DNA of 64,000 nucleotides from contig OY970065.1 of NCBI GenBank assembly GCA_963705295.1, forward strand, positions 1,632,001-1,696,000, given 5' to 3'. Of the stretch, positions 12,587 through 22,316 are shown in pieces. Below the pieces are notes generated by a model. It saw only the letters and a program-made list of their open reading frames with translations, was not told the DNA's origin and did no database searches. The translations under genes and the position numbers were made by a program. Positions within the stretch are counted from its first letter, which is position 1. Every line of letters begins with the position of its first letter. The DNA comes from Parachlamydiales bacterium. GTDB taxonomy: Bacteria; Chlamydiota; Chlamydiia; Chlamydiales; Rhabdochlamydiaceae.

Positions 12587-13984
12587 TTAAAATAACAATG
12601 TGGCGTTGAGCCAAATAGAAATGAGGAAATAAATTGACATGGAGAGGAAATCGTTGATGGCGTTGACGATCGGGCCCGACGCAATGGCTGGGTCGACGCC
12701 GATGCGGACAAAGAATAAGGGGGAAAAAACGCCGAGAAGTGTGCTTGCCAAACAGGCGCCCCAAAGTCCAATGCCGACAATCAGGCCGACGATACCGGGG
12801 TTGATTTCGATGCCAGAAAAACCGATCAGATCGAGACCCCAAACAAGGAGACCAGCGAGAACACCGAAAATCCCACCCGTTAGAAAACCGACTGTCATTT
12901 CCTTAAAGACAGAGTCTCCTTTAAACCCAACAGCCATATTACGGACGAGGACAGTACTACACTGAATTCCAATATTCCCGGAAAGACCGGTGATCAAAGG
13001 GACAAAAAACAGAACAAAGGTCAGCGCTCCATCTTCATAACTTTGGAGTGAAGACATGAGTCCTACATTGACAAGCCCCGCGAAAAGAGTCACCACCAGC
13101 CAAGGGACCCGGGCCAGAAGTCTTTTCCACGTAGGAACATATTCCCTGATTTTTTCTCCCGTACCCGCCATTTGAGTGATGGTTTCATCCGCGATATCTT
13201 CGATCGCCTCCATCACGTCTTCATACGTGATAATTCCGATCAAAAAATTGTGATGATCGATGACAGGGAGTGTTGACAATTTATATCTTTCAACAATATC
13301 GACCACTTCTTCCCGCGAAGCTTCGGGCCCCACCTTGTGCACGATCGGTTTCATCACCGCATTTAATGGAAGATGGGGTGGATTGATAATCAGATTTCTT
13401 GCCGGAACATACCCTTGGAGCTCACCTTGCTCATTCAAAACAAAAATCTGTCTCGATAGATCAATGCCAGGATGGTTCCGGATGAAAGTCGCGACTTCTC
13501 CTAAGGTCATCTCCTGCTGGAAAGCAAAAAATTCATTTGTCATCAAACGGCCCGCCGTATTCCGGTGATGTTTTTTAATCTCCCGGATACGGACCGCTTT
13601 TTTCGGTTCTAATAAATCCATGACACGCCGAAATCTCCGCTCCGCCATATCTTCCAAGACAACAACGGCGTCATCGGGTGGCATCAGTTCAATTAATTTC
13701 TTGGCTTCTATATCGGAAATCCGTCGAAAAACGGCGACACGGGTAGTCGAATCGGTATTGATGATGAAAGCAATTTTGCTTTCTAAGCTCGTGAGATTGT
13801 CAAAGAGAATCGGCCGAACATCGGCAGGCAAACGGGAGGCGACATAAGCGAGGTCGATCGGAGAGTGTTCATTGGCAATTTGGATAATATTCTGTAGAAC
13901 AACTTTAGAAGTCTCCTTATGAAAAGCCTGATCGAGCTTTTCTTGGAGAATTTCGTCGAGTTGCCTGGCTTCAACACGGTCCAT
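12587..13984 (-). CDS. mgtE: Magnesium transporter MgtE
   Basis: N-terminal helical domain, TAGRLMT CBS pair, membrane domain with GLSGNIGIQ and GVDPAIASGP...ND. Confidence 0.95.
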   Translation of the reverse strand: MDRVEARQLDEILQEKLDQAFHKETSKVVLQNIIQIANEHSPIDLAYVASRLPADVRPILFDNLTSLESKIAFIINTDSTTRVAVFRRISDIEAKKLIELMPPDDAVVVLEDMAERRFRRVMDLLEPKKAVRIREIKKHHRNTAGRLMTNEFFAFQQEMTLGEVATFIRNHPGIDLSRQIFVLNEQGELQGYVPARNLIINPPHLPLNAVMKPIVHKVGPEASREEVVDIVERYKLSTLPVIDHHNFLIGIITYEDVMEAIEDIADETITQMAGTGEKIREYVPTWKRLLARVPWLVVTLFAGLVNVGLMSSLQSYEDGALTFVLFFVPLITGLSGNIGIQCSTVLVRNMAVGFKGDSVFKEMTVGFLTGGIFGVLAGLLVWGLDLIGFSGIEINPGIVGLIVGIGLWGACLASTLLGVFSPLFFVRIGVDPAIASGPIVNAINDFLSMSIYFLISIWLNATLLF

Positions 13985-14067
13985 TTATTTAGTTTATGCT
14001 CAAAAATATTTTCCCTCCAGAAAATTTCCTCTAAAAAAATCTTCAAACAGAGTAAGATAGTGGGCAT

Positions 14068-14778
14068 ATGTCGATCACAGCTAGATTGATTACAGCAAGT
14101 GCCTATGTTGGCCGAAAAGGAATCATTGTTGCCGATGAAATCATCCACCGGATGTACCACGGCGTTCTCACCGGACAGTCGGCATGTTCCGCCGTCATGC
14201 ATATCGCTTTATTTATCCTGAATGGTTCATGGGATCTTGTAGCAACACTAACAACCGGTAATAATCGACATATTGGCAGGGCCACCTCAGAGATGGCCAA
14301 AGGATCGGGAGCCGCTATTCAAAATGTTTATTTGAATGGCCTTCGAATCCTCTATCCCGGGGCAAAAATTGAGGAAGAAGCAAAGTTTCCTTTGACCTAT
14401 GAAAATGAGAAGGTCTATAATACTCCAGGAAGCGAAATTTTTTCTGAAAGATGTTTTACCTATGCAGAACTTCCAGCACTCATAACCCGGTATGTCATCC
14501 AGCAACAAATGTTAATCCATTATTTAAATCAATCGCCTTGGTGGATTCATCGGAATATCTCAGCCCGTCTCGTCGCGCCTCTTTCTTCCCTCGCAGGACT
14601 GGTTTGGGGAGCAGCTGTTTTGGTCTTTAATTTCGTTCCTATCATAGCTTCTTTTTTTACGCTGGGAACCCTTCAAGAATATAACACGTGGGCTCATAAA
14701 AATTTAAGAACCAGCGGATGGATGCTGAGTCAGATCCATCTCGGTCTCATAGGCTGTGTGCGTCCTGATTTAATTTAA
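14068..14778 (+). CDS. Hypothetical membrane protein
   Basis: 236-aa ORF with a long hydrophobic stretch near the C-terminus; directly precedes typA. Confidence 0.65.
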   Translation: MSITARLITASAYVGRKGIIVADEIIHRMYHGVLTGQSACSAVMHIALFILNGSWDLVATLTTGNNRHIGRATSEMAKGSGAAIQNVYLNGLRILYPGAKIEEEAKFPLTYENEKVYNTPGSEIFSERCFTYAELPALITRYVIQQQMLIHYLNQSPWWIHRNISARLVAPLSSLAGLVWGAAVLVFNFVPIIASFFTLGTLQEYNTWAHKNLRTSGWMLSQIHLGLIGCVRPDLI

Positions 14779-14783
14779 AATTT

Positions 14784-16595
14784 ATGTATTTACCTGAAAA
14801 GATAAGAAACATTGCTATTATTGCGCATATTGATCATGGAAAAACGACGTTGCTGGATCAACTCCTGGCACAGTCGAACATCTTTCGTGAGAACGAAAAA
14901 ATCCCTGAAAGGGTCATGGATAGCTACGACCAAGAAAAAGAGCGTGGCATCACCATTTTCGCAAAACATACGAGTATTTATTACAACGACTATAAAATTA
15001 ACATCATCGACACCCCTGGACATGCCGATTTCTCCGGAGAAGTAGAACGGGTCCTCGGTCTTGTCAATTCTGTCCTTTTGATCGTCGATGCTCAAGAGGG
15101 GCCGATGCCCCAGACCCGGTTCGTTCTGTCACAAGCTTTAAAAATGGGTCTGCGCCCGATCGTTGTTCTCAATAAAATCGATCGGCCTCATGCCAATCCG
15201 GACCGTGCTCTCAATCTGACGTTTGATCTGTTTGTCGAACTTGGAGCGACAGATGCCCAGCTTGATTTTCCGATCATCTATGCTTCCGGCATTCAAGGAT
15301 ACGCCATTAAAAATCTCGGTGAGACTTCCTCCGATCTAAAACCTCTTTTTGAGATGATCATCGAATGTGTCCCGCCACCACCTGGCAACCTCGAACTCCC
15401 CTTTTTGATGCAATCGACCACGCTCACGTATGACGATTATGTCGGCAGACAGGCATGCGGAAGAATCTTGGAAGGGTTTGTCAAAAAAGGACAACTCGTC
15501 TCTCACATCGATAAAAATGGACACCCCTCGTCTCATAAAATCGTCCGGATCGAAGGTTATTTCGGTCTCAAAAAAATCGAAATGGAAGAAGCCGGCGTCG
15601 GCGATATTGTGAGCCTTGCAGGAATTCCTGAAATTATGATCGGCGATACCCTTTGCGATCCTTCTCACATCGTCCAACTTCCTCCCATTCACCTCGCGGA
15701 GCCCACTCTTGCCATTGAAGTCATGGTCAACAACGGTCCTTTTGTCGGAAGAGAAGGAAAACATGTCACCATGAACAAAATCCGCGACCGTCTTCTCCAA
15801 GAGAAAAAAGCGAATATCTCCCTTCGTATCGACCAAAAACGAGAAGATGCGATGGAAGTGTGCGGCCGAGGAGAGCTCCATCTCGCTGTTCTGCTCGAAG
15901 CAATGCGACGAGAAGGCTATGAATTCTTAATCTCTAAACCCAAAGTGATCTTCAAAACCATCGATGGTGTCGAGTCAGAACCGATGGAAAATGTCCATAT
16001 CGAAGTCCCCCAAGAATTTACCGGAGGAGTGATCGAAGAGCTCTCCCGAAGACGGGGTGAACTCCGCCTCCTTGAAACCAACGAGCATGGCATCACAACA
16101 CTCCAATTCTATTTACCAACGCGTGGCCTTATGGGATATCGGAACGATTTTCTCACCGCCACCCGAGGACTCGGCATTTTAACCTCGATTTTCGACAGCT
16201 ACGGCCCTTGGAAAGGTCCTATTGTAGGGCGTATTAAAGGAGTCATGATTTCAGGCAATCAAGGAAAAACGACCGGCTACGCCGCCTTCAACCTCCAAGA
16301 ACGGGGCGGTCTCTTCGTATCGCCCGGCGAAGAAGTCTACGAAGGGATGATCGTCGGAGAAAACAATCGAGACAACGATCTCATCATTAACGTCACCCGG
16401 GAAAAACACCTCACCAATGTTCGCGCCGCCGGCAGCGATGAGAATATCATTCTAACTCCTCCCCGCAAGTTCACCCTCGAAACCGCCATCGATTTCATCA
16501 ACGAAGACGAAGTCGTTGAAGTCACCCCCAAGTCGATCCGCCTCCGCAAGCGCCACCTCAAAGAACACGACCGTAAGCGCCACGAAAAATCGTAA
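14784..16595 (+). CDS. typA: Translational GTPase TypA/BipA
   Basis: [50 protein letters not shown]. Confidence 0.98.
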   Translation: MYLPEKIRNIAIIAHIDHGKTTLLDQLLAQSNIFRENEKIPERVMDSYDQEKERGITIFAKHTSIYYNDYKINIIDTPGHADFSGEVERVLGLVNSVLLIVDAQEGPMPQTRFVLSQALKMGLRPIVVLNKIDRPHANPDRALNLTFDLFVELGATDAQLDFPIIYASGIQGYAIKNLGETSSDLKPLFEMIIECVPPPPGNLELPFLMQSTTLTYDDYVGRQACGRILEGFVKKGQLVSHIDKNGHPSSHKIVRIEGYFGLKKIEMEEAGVGDIVSLAGIPEIMIGDTLCDPSHIVQLPPIHLAEPTLAIEVMVNNGPFVGREGKHVTMNKIRDRLLQEKKANISLRIDQKREDAMEVCGRGELHLAVLLEAMRREGYEFLISKPKVIFKTIDGVESEPMENVHIEVPQEFTGGVIEELSRRRGELRLLETNEHGITTLQFYLPTRGLMGYRNDFLTATRGLGILTSIFDSYGPWKGPIVGRIKGVMISGNQGKTTGYAAFNLQERGGLFVSPGEEVYEGMIVGENNRDNDLIINVTREKHLTNVRAAGSDENIILTPPRKFTLETAIDFINEDEVVEVTPKSIRLRKRHLKEHDRKRHEKS

Positions 16596-16612
16596 TTTAA
16601 AGTGGATTAATA

Positions 16613-17098
16613 CTAATCATCGGATCTGTCTCTTTTGTAGAGCAAACACTTAACTTGATCTGCTGCGTACTTGTTAATCTCTCGGTTTGTTGCACCTGGA
16701 TGAGTAGGAATATACTCACTAGCAAATGATTTAAATAATTCACTTATTTCCTGTAATTCAGATGGAGATTGATAAGCGATCAGACGCTCGGCCAAAGAGA
16801 ACACAACTGCACCAGCAACCGCAACAGAAGTTGCTAGTATTGTAGCCGTTATACCTGCTCCCCATATAAAACTTTGGACTATCAACGTCGTTTCACGTCG
16901 ACTCTTCACCATTTCATCGAAGTATTCTTCTCTCAACGAATCAATCCTAGGATTACTTGGACCATTTGCAAGAATTCTTTGGTCAATTTCTTTTCGAGCT
17001 TCTTTACGCTCTTGTTCCACATAACTTTCACCTGAATAATAACCGCCTCCTACTCCACTACCTACATGGTAACCACATCCACCTGTACTACATGCCAT
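16613..17098 (-). CDS. Hypothetical protein with a long hydrophobic hairpin (Inc-like)
   Basis: Gly/Ser-rich N-terminus and a ~35-aa hydrophobic segment LIVQSFIWGAGITATILATSVAVAGAVVFSLA; AGGAGGGG ribosome-binding site upstream. Confidence 0.65.
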   Translation of the reverse strand: MACSTGGCGYHVGSGVGGGYYSGESYVEQERKEARKEIDQRILANGPSNPRIDSLREEYFDEMVKSRRETTLIVQSFIWGAGITATILATSVAVAGAVVFSLAERLIAYQSPSELQEISELFKSFASEYIPTHPGATNREINKYAADQVKCLLYKRDRSDD

Positions 17099-17304
17099 AT
17101 CCCCTCCTTGGGTATCTTTTAAAAGCGATCATTTTCTTATCTATAATCATTATTGTCTAGTCAATTTTCTATAAAATAATCTGAAAACGACCGCTGAAGT
17201 CAAACCGCAATCCTGAGCCAAAAAAAGAAGCCGAGGATGAGATTTTTTCTATAAGCAGTCGGGGAGCAAGCTCCCCCGCTGCCCCACAAGGACAAAAAAA
17301 TTAC

Positions 17305-17409
17305 ATGGATGGCATCCTGAACTTTTATCATGCATATCACGTTGATCATGCTACTTATACTGTGTACTCAAAACTTAGTCATAAAACGGTGATTCCGTCA
17401 GTCTTTTGA
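17305..17409 (+). CDS. Putative 34-aa His/Tyr-rich peptide (MDGILNFYHAYHVDHATYTVYSKLSHKTVIPSVF)
   Basis: AAGGA upstream of the ATG; in-frame homolog of the convergent ORF 17375..17491. Translation is unproven. Confidence 0.3.
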   Translation: MDGILNFYHAYHVDHATYTVYSKLSHKTVIPSVF

Positions 17410-17491
17410 AGCGAACAATATAAAAAACATGATGAATAAGATAGGCATGATATACATGATAAAAATTCACTAGAGTATGGTGCCCATCCAT
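17375..17491 (-). CDS. Putative 38-aa His/Tyr-rich peptide (MDGHHTLVNFYHVYHAYLIHHVFYIVRFKRLTESPFYD)
   Basis: GAGGA upstream of the ATG; shares MDG...NFYHxYH with 17305..17409. Translation is unproven. Confidence 0.3.
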   Translation of the reverse strand: MDGHHTLVNFYHVYHAYLIHHVFYIVRFKRLTESPFYD

Positions 17492-17571
17492 GTAATTTTT
17501 TATCCTCGAGGGACAGCGGGGGGAGCTTGCTCCCCGACTGTTTAAAGAAAAATCGATCTTTCAATATTTGC

Positions 17572-19017
17572 TTAGGGGAGTTCTAGGAGGCTTCCGGTCT
17601 GGATGGGGCGCAGGGAACCTTTATTCAGTTTTCCTTCGTGTGGATAAATGGTATCGGGCCCTTTGATTTCAAAATGGAAATCTTTGAAAGGAGGAAGAAG
17701 AGTTTTCACACCATTTGCTCCCAGAAAAACTTCGACTTTATCGATGTTTCCAGGAAGCGAGACGGGTATTTCGACATCTCCTTTGTAGGAGGAACTTTGA
17801 AGCTGAGTCACAGTTTTTTGATCTAAAGTGTAAACTTTTAGGACGAGGAGGTAGAGTATACCCATCCCACTCCCATCAACTCCTAAGGTGAAGGTGTGTC
17901 TAAAAGTTTTCAGGTCGTCCGGATTGAGAATGCCCATTCTGTAAAGAGGGATATAAATGGTTGTCTTTTGTTCAAAAGAACACTCTTTGGTCTCTTCTGT
18001 AGCTTTGGGAGTCCAATCGCTGGGTGAAAAACAACTCAATGGTCCTTGCAGGCTACTATATAAAAAGTCCCCATCTTTTTGAAGAATCTCCCGAAATGAC
18101 ATCGCGTCCCATTTTTTCTTCAAAATAGTACGCATCACCTCTTTAAAGACGGGCGCATCGATCCAATTGCGCGCCATAAATGGGATATATTCTAAATCTC
18201 TGACTTCTCTTTCAAGAATCTTCTCGTAGAGACCTTGAGGAGTTTTTTGGAACCTTTGGAGGATGGTTGCGTATCTTACGCTAGCCGGAATAACACCGAC
18301 ATTTTTATCTAAAACAAAGTGCTCAAAGCTCTCATAGAGTCTATCTCGAGCTGCCGGATCGGTGATTAGGTCGATGGCTTCAACGCCATTGCGCGCGATG
18401 TAATCGGCATAGGTCTCGTTGGGTCTGGGTTGAACCAGCTTCTTTTTCCATTCATCTTTGTCATTTTGAGAAAGGAGATACGTGAAAGCTACTTGTTTAT
18501 CGACATCTTTAAGTCCTACTGGAGATTCTTCAAGATATTTTAGATATTTAATGTGAAGGGTATTGCATAAATCGAACCTTAGACCAATGGGAAAAATATT
18601 GTCTGTTTGGTGATTCATAAAGGCAGCAAAAGGAGTTGTCTTCAAAAGATAGAGGAGCCAAGAATTAAATTCATCTGAGGAAAAGACCGTATTTTCAGGA
18701 GTAGAGTGATAAAAATGGACTAAAGGTTTTGTTTCAATCTGCTCACCGATTTCTAGCCGCCGACGCTGGAGCGCAGCTACATTGACGTTGAGATAATTGA
18801 AACGCCATAAAGCAGCTCCCATGACTGCTAAAACCAGGCTGGCGACTTTGAGAGGAAATTTCACGGAGTAAACAGCTAGGACTCCGACAGGAAGGGCAGA
18901 GAAGAATAAAAACTTTCCTATCCGTCGACTTATTTTATGGGACACTGTTTCAACAGGGCCATTGAGGCGTGTCCAATCGGTTTGTGGAGGTAAAATTTGA
19001 TTTGATACTGCTGCCAT
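17572..19017 (-). CDS. Hypothetical protein with an N-terminal bilobed hydrophobic domain (Inc-like / putative effector)
   Basis: 481-aa ORF with two adjacent hydrophobic segments at roughly aa 33-72; upstream sigma66-like promoter. Confidence 0.75.
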   Translation of the reverse strand: MAAVSNQILPPQTDWTRLNGPVETVSHKISRRIGKFLFFSALPVGVLAVYSVKFPLKVASLVLAVMGAALWRFNYLNVNVAALQRRRLEIGEQIETKPLVHFYHSTPENTVFSSDEFNSWLLYLLKTTPFAAFMNHQTDNIFPIGLRFDLCNTLHIKYLKYLEESPVGLKDVDKQVAFTYLLSQNDKDEWKKKLVQPRPNETYADYIARNGVEAIDLITDPAARDRLYESFEHFVLDKNVGVIPASVRYATILQRFQKTPQGLYEKILEREVRDLEYIPFMARNWIDAPVFKEVMRTILKKKWDAMSFREILQKDGDFLYSSLQGPLSCFSPSDWTPKATEETKECSFEQKTTIYIPLYRMGILNPDDLKTFRHTFTLGVDGSGMGILYLLVLKVYTLDQKTVTQLQSSSYKGDVEIPVSLPGNIDKVEVFLGANGVKTLLPPFKDFHFEIKGPDTIYPHEGKLNKGSLRPIQTGSLLELP

Positions 19018-19029
19018 AAAGTTGGAGCT

Positions 19030-19058
19030 ATTTTAATATAATTTCAAAAATAAATCAA
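19030..19058 (-). promoter_or_regulatory. sigma66 (sigma70-type) promoter for 17572..19017
   Basis: Minus strand TTGATT-N17-TAAAAT. Confidence 0.55.
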
Positions 19059-19060
19059 CT

Positions 19061-19089
19061 TTGACCTTTTGAAGAGATTCTTCTAGAAT
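19061..19089 (+). promoter_or_regulatory. sigma66 (sigma70-type) promoter for the Npt-like gene
   Basis: TTGACC-N17-TAGAAT ending 8 nt before the ATG at 19098, implying a very short or absent leader. Confidence 0.6.
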
Positions 19090-19097
19090 CGGTACTC

Positions 19098-20432
19098 ATG
19101 ATCAAATTTTTGGCTGACCGGCGGTCTAAAGTTCTGTTTTTCTTGATGTTTAGCATCGTTTGCCTCTTGAATGTAAATTATAATATTTTGAGAAGTGCGC
19201 GTAACGCATTGGTCGTCGCTGATCTGGGTCATGGAGCCGGATCGATTCCGATTTTTGAGCTGTGCGGCACCATGCCATGCGCCGTTTTGATGGTTTGGAT
19301 TTTGACCAAGCTTTTGAACCGATTTTCGATGCAAAAAGTTTTCATACTCAGCTTGACGACATTTTCGGCTTTCTTTCTTGTGTTTGCCGTGGTCATTTAT
19401 CCTTATCTTTCTGGATGGCTGGCAGGGCCTTTCTCAATGCTCTTTTTTGTGATGGCAGAGCTGTGGAAAATCGCCCTTTTGACGGTTTTATTCTGGGGAC
19501 TTGTCAATCACTACATCCCCTTAGAGGATGCTAAGAGATACTATGCACCGCTGATGCTCGGTGGAAGTGCGGGGACTATTTTGGCCGGTCCTATCGTTTC
19601 CATGTGCACCTCCCATTTTATTCCGACGTGGTCACAATCTTTGACGTGGATGATGGTATCTCTTTCCTTCATAGGAATTTTGACCATGTGGCTTTTCACA
19701 AAACTCTGGAAAGAATTTGCCGGTCCTAAAAGAGAGATTGTAGAAGAGAAAAAAGAACAACTTTCAGTCTGGGAAAGTATTCAAATCTGTGTTCGGTCCA
19801 AATATCTCTCTCTTCTTGCTTGGATCACCATTGCCGATTATGTCGCCTACGCGCTGGGTGAAGTGATTTTCCTCGATGTTCTCAAACAAAAATATCCCGA
19901 TCCGAGAGATTACTGCGATTATATGGGCCACCTCTCTTTATGGAGTGGAATCATGACCGCCTTCAGCGCCCTGGTGATAACTCCTTTCCTTCTCAAACGA
20001 TGCCGATGGGTTATCGCTTCACTGGTGACTCCTGTTTGCATTCTCATCACAGAAGGAGCGTTTTTCATAGCTCTTTGGAATAACATCCCAGGCCAACTAG
20101 AAATTCTCATTTTCCTTGGAACCGCATTTTTCTGCCTCGTTCGAGCTGCCAAATATACCCTCTTCGACACCTCCAAGGAGCTCTCCTTCATCCTCCTCCC
20201 CTCCCTTGAAAAAATGCAAGGAAAGCTCGTCATCGACGGGATGTGCTCTCGTGTCGGTCGTGGAAGCGCTTCGATGCTCAGCATCGTCCTCATCCAGCTC
20301 TGCGGCGGCGTCCTAGCCAGCGCCTCCATCGTCGGCTTCATGGTCCTCGCTATCGCCGGCAGCTGCGTCCTCGCCACCTTCAAACTGGGCACCCTTGTTG
20401 ACAAGAAATCAACTAAGCTCCCCCAAAGCTAA
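19098..20432 (+). CDS. Npt/TLC (ATP/ADP translocase) family nucleotide transporter
   Basis: NYNILRSARNALVV, FFVMAELW, LFWGLVN, AKRYYA, AAKYTLFDTSKE, GKLVIDG..SRVGR; multi-pass membrane protein. Substrate unknown. Confidence 0.9.
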   Translation: MIKFLADRRSKVLFFLMFSIVCLLNVNYNILRSARNALVVADLGHGAGSIPIFELCGTMPCAVLMVWILTKLLNRFSMQKVFILSLTTFSAFFLVFAVVIYPYLSGWLAGPFSMLFFVMAELWKIALLTVLFWGLVNHYIPLEDAKRYYAPLMLGGSAGTILAGPIVSMCTSHFIPTWSQSLTWMMVSLSFIGILTMWLFTKLWKEFAGPKREIVEEKKEQLSVWESIQICVRSKYLSLLAWITIADYVAYALGEVIFLDVLKQKYPDPRDYCDYMGHLSLWSGIMTAFSALVITPFLLKRCRWVIASLVTPVCILITEGAFFIALWNNIPGQLEILIFLGTAFFCLVRAAKYTLFDTSKELSFILLPSLEKMQGKLVIDGMCSRVGRGSASMLSIVLIQLCGGVLASASIVGFMVLAIAGSCVLATFKLGTLVDKKSTKLPQS

Positions 20433-20894
20433 TGTTCTTGATTGAAACACTTGACGTATGACTGTTCCCCACATAGGGTCACTTGTCGTATCCTCTGTAT
20501 AATTCCCATGCGTGTATTCATGAATGGTGGCTCGCCAAAAAGAAGTGGCCTCTTTTGCAGTCTGAATTTGGCGGACTTGCCAAGTCCCAGGGAACAAATC
20601 AAAAATCGTAAAAGCAAACTCTTTTCCCAACCCTTTTCTACGGTAACAAGGAAGGATATAAAACTCAGCAATGTCCGATCGTCCATCGATGATTCCTCTA
20701 ATGACAAATCCTGCAGGTTTTTCTTTTATAAACAAATACAAGCCCGTGTTGGGGTCTCTCCAATCCGCTTCTATGGAAAATCGGCCTTCCACATTGGGCT
20801 CTTTTTTAGTCAATGCTGAAAACTCCGCTTCATAATCTTGCTCAAAAACTTCAAAAATATGACTATTTGCTGCTGTTATGGGAATAATCTTCAT
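20409..20894 (-). CDS. GNAT family N-acetyltransferase
   Basis: IAEFYILPCYRRKGLGK acetyl-CoA-binding motif, WQVRQ, ATSFW. Start taken at MKIIP (ORF open to 20954). Confidence 0.85.
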   Translation of the reverse strand: MKIIPITAANSHIFEVFEQDYEAEFSALTKKEPNVEGRFSIEADWRDPNTGLYLFIKEKPAGFVIRGIIDGRSDIAEFYILPCYRRKGLGKEFAFTIFDLFPGTWQVRQIQTAKEATSFWRATIHEYTHGNYTEDTTSDPMWGTVIRQVFQSRTLALGELS

Positions 20895-20968
20895 ATTCCC
20901 CGTATATGAGAATAAATACCCATGATTCAAGACAAAATTGCTTTTTTGTAGCATACTTTCAGGAATTT

Positions 20969-22315
20969 ATGGCTGCCATACGACCCGATCTTTTCCATCA
21001 CTTCCAGGGTGCCACCTGTGGCATCAGTTTAGAGCGTGTTCAAAATCCTGTCTTTACAACGTGCGATGAAGCTCCCCTCCGTGCCGACCTCATGGACCGG
21101 ATCTGTCAAGAGATTTTCCGAGAGAGAAAAAAAACGGGAGAATACCCCCGTTGGTATACAGAAAGAGGGATAGAGTTTAGCCCTACTATGGATGCGCTGA
21201 AAATTTCTACAGCAGTGAGAGCAAAAATTGGACCTGAGGCCTCGGAATCATGCCGTCTCCTCACAGAAGAAGGCCTTTTTCACCGAGATGGACTCCATCT
21301 TTATGACCGTGAGAATCTCGACCGAGCTTTCCAAACCAAAAAAGAATGTCCGATCTGCAAAAACAACACGGGTGAAATAGCTTTTTCTAAAGCGTACTTT
21401 TGTTATGTCAAGTATCAGGATCGGGATTACTATCTAAAAGATGCTTCCTTGTATCGGGAATTTCAATTTGCCAAAATGAAAAATTTCTGTCGCAGAGTTA
21501 TCTCCCATATAACACTGTCCAATCTGGAAATTGACTTGCGGTTCGGAGTAATAACATCTGTGATTGTCTACTCTGTTTTAATTACTACACGTCTGCAATT
21601 CATAGGAGATCGCATTTTAAAGCCACAGATTGCTTTAGCAGGATTCTTAGAAAAATTATGTCATGCTTGCGGTATTCTTCGTTGGATTGTACATGATAGT
21701 CCTGTGAAAGTGAGTTTCTTCGAATTTCAATGTACTACTTTTCTTCAAATCTGCGGAGATTATTTACCCAACCTATTCCATCCATACCTCCTAAAAATTT
21801 TAAACTTAGATATTCTTTTGGTTCAGATCTATTCTAGGCTGAGTGAAGCAAGACGGATTCAAATTCGGGAAATTTTCTATCCTGTCTTTGCATTGCACCG
21901 TTTTCTGCTTGAAAAAATAAATCAGGTCAATAGCCTGCCCGCTCCAGATTGTGCTTATATCAGTGCAGGTTGCACCCTTTTAAATGGGCTTTCCTTGGTC
22001 CACTTCTATTTCAATCATCCTTGGACGAACCCTCTGAATCAACTTTCCAACTTTTCCTTTAAGTACATCCATTTCATCTCCAGAATTTTTCTCATTTGGA
22101 ATCTTTTGAGCTATACGATTCAAACGCTCGGGTCGAGTATATTTGTTTTACCACATTCTGAGGACCGTTCTTGGCAATGGGTGAAAATCGTCGAGTGGAA
22201 TCAGTTTCTCCGTACACAGCATCCTTTCGTATTAGCCTTATGCACGATCGGTGAAAGCATCCTCTATCTTCGTAAACAACGCTTCACCTATCAGCAACAT
22301 TTCGTCGTGAGATAG
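20969..22315 (+). CDS. Membrane protein with an N-terminal split U-box/RING-like domain (paralog A)
   Basis: CGISLERVQNPVFTTC-[~75 aa]-GLHLYDRENLDRAFQTKKECPICK followed by several hydrophobic segments. Start chosen by alignment with the paralog (MAAIRPDLFHH vs MSVQRPDLFHH). Confidence 0.7.
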   Translation: MAAIRPDLFHHFQGATCGISLERVQNPVFTTCDEAPLRADLMDRICQEIFRERKKTGEYPRWYTERGIEFSPTMDALKISTAVRAKIGPEASESCRLLTEEGLFHRDGLHLYDRENLDRAFQTKKECPICKNNTGEIAFSKAYFCYVKYQDRDYYLKDASLYREFQFAKMKNFCRRVISHITLSNLEIDLRFGVITSVIVYSVLITTRLQFIGDRILKPQIALAGFLEKLCHACGILRWIVHDSPVKVSFFEFQCTTFLQICGDYLPNLFHPYLLKILNLDILLVQIYSRLSEARRIQIREIFYPVFALHRFLLEKINQVNSLPAPDCAYISAGCTLLNGLSLVHFYFNHPWTNPLNQLSNFSFKYIHFISRIFLIWNLLSYTIQTLGSSIFVLPHSEDRSWQWVKIVEWNQFLRTQHPFVLALCTIGESILYLRKQRFTYQQHFVVR

Positions 22316-22316
22316 C

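Larger units (their letters stand above)
17241..17556. repeat. Long imperfect inverted repeat; each arm has a REP-like GGGGAGC-AA-GCTCCCC hairpin
   Basis: The left arm CAGTCGGGGAGCAAGCTCCCCCGCTG...AAAAAATTACATGGATGG...TTTTATCATG is mirrored by the right arm on the minus strand. Confidence 0.8.

Noticed and set aside
17379..17564. 61-aa ORF in the supplied track (MKDRFFFKQSGSKLP...)
   Set aside because: It reads through the palindromic hairpin from a TTG start, and the equivalent frame in the other arm lacks a matching start. More likely a shadow of the repeat, though not formally excluded.
20906..20968. Extended N-termini in the ORF track for the GNAT and split-RING genes (overlapping head to head)
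   Set aside because: Paralog alignment and ribosome-binding-site position favour starts at 20969 (+) and 20894 (-), which removes the overlap.
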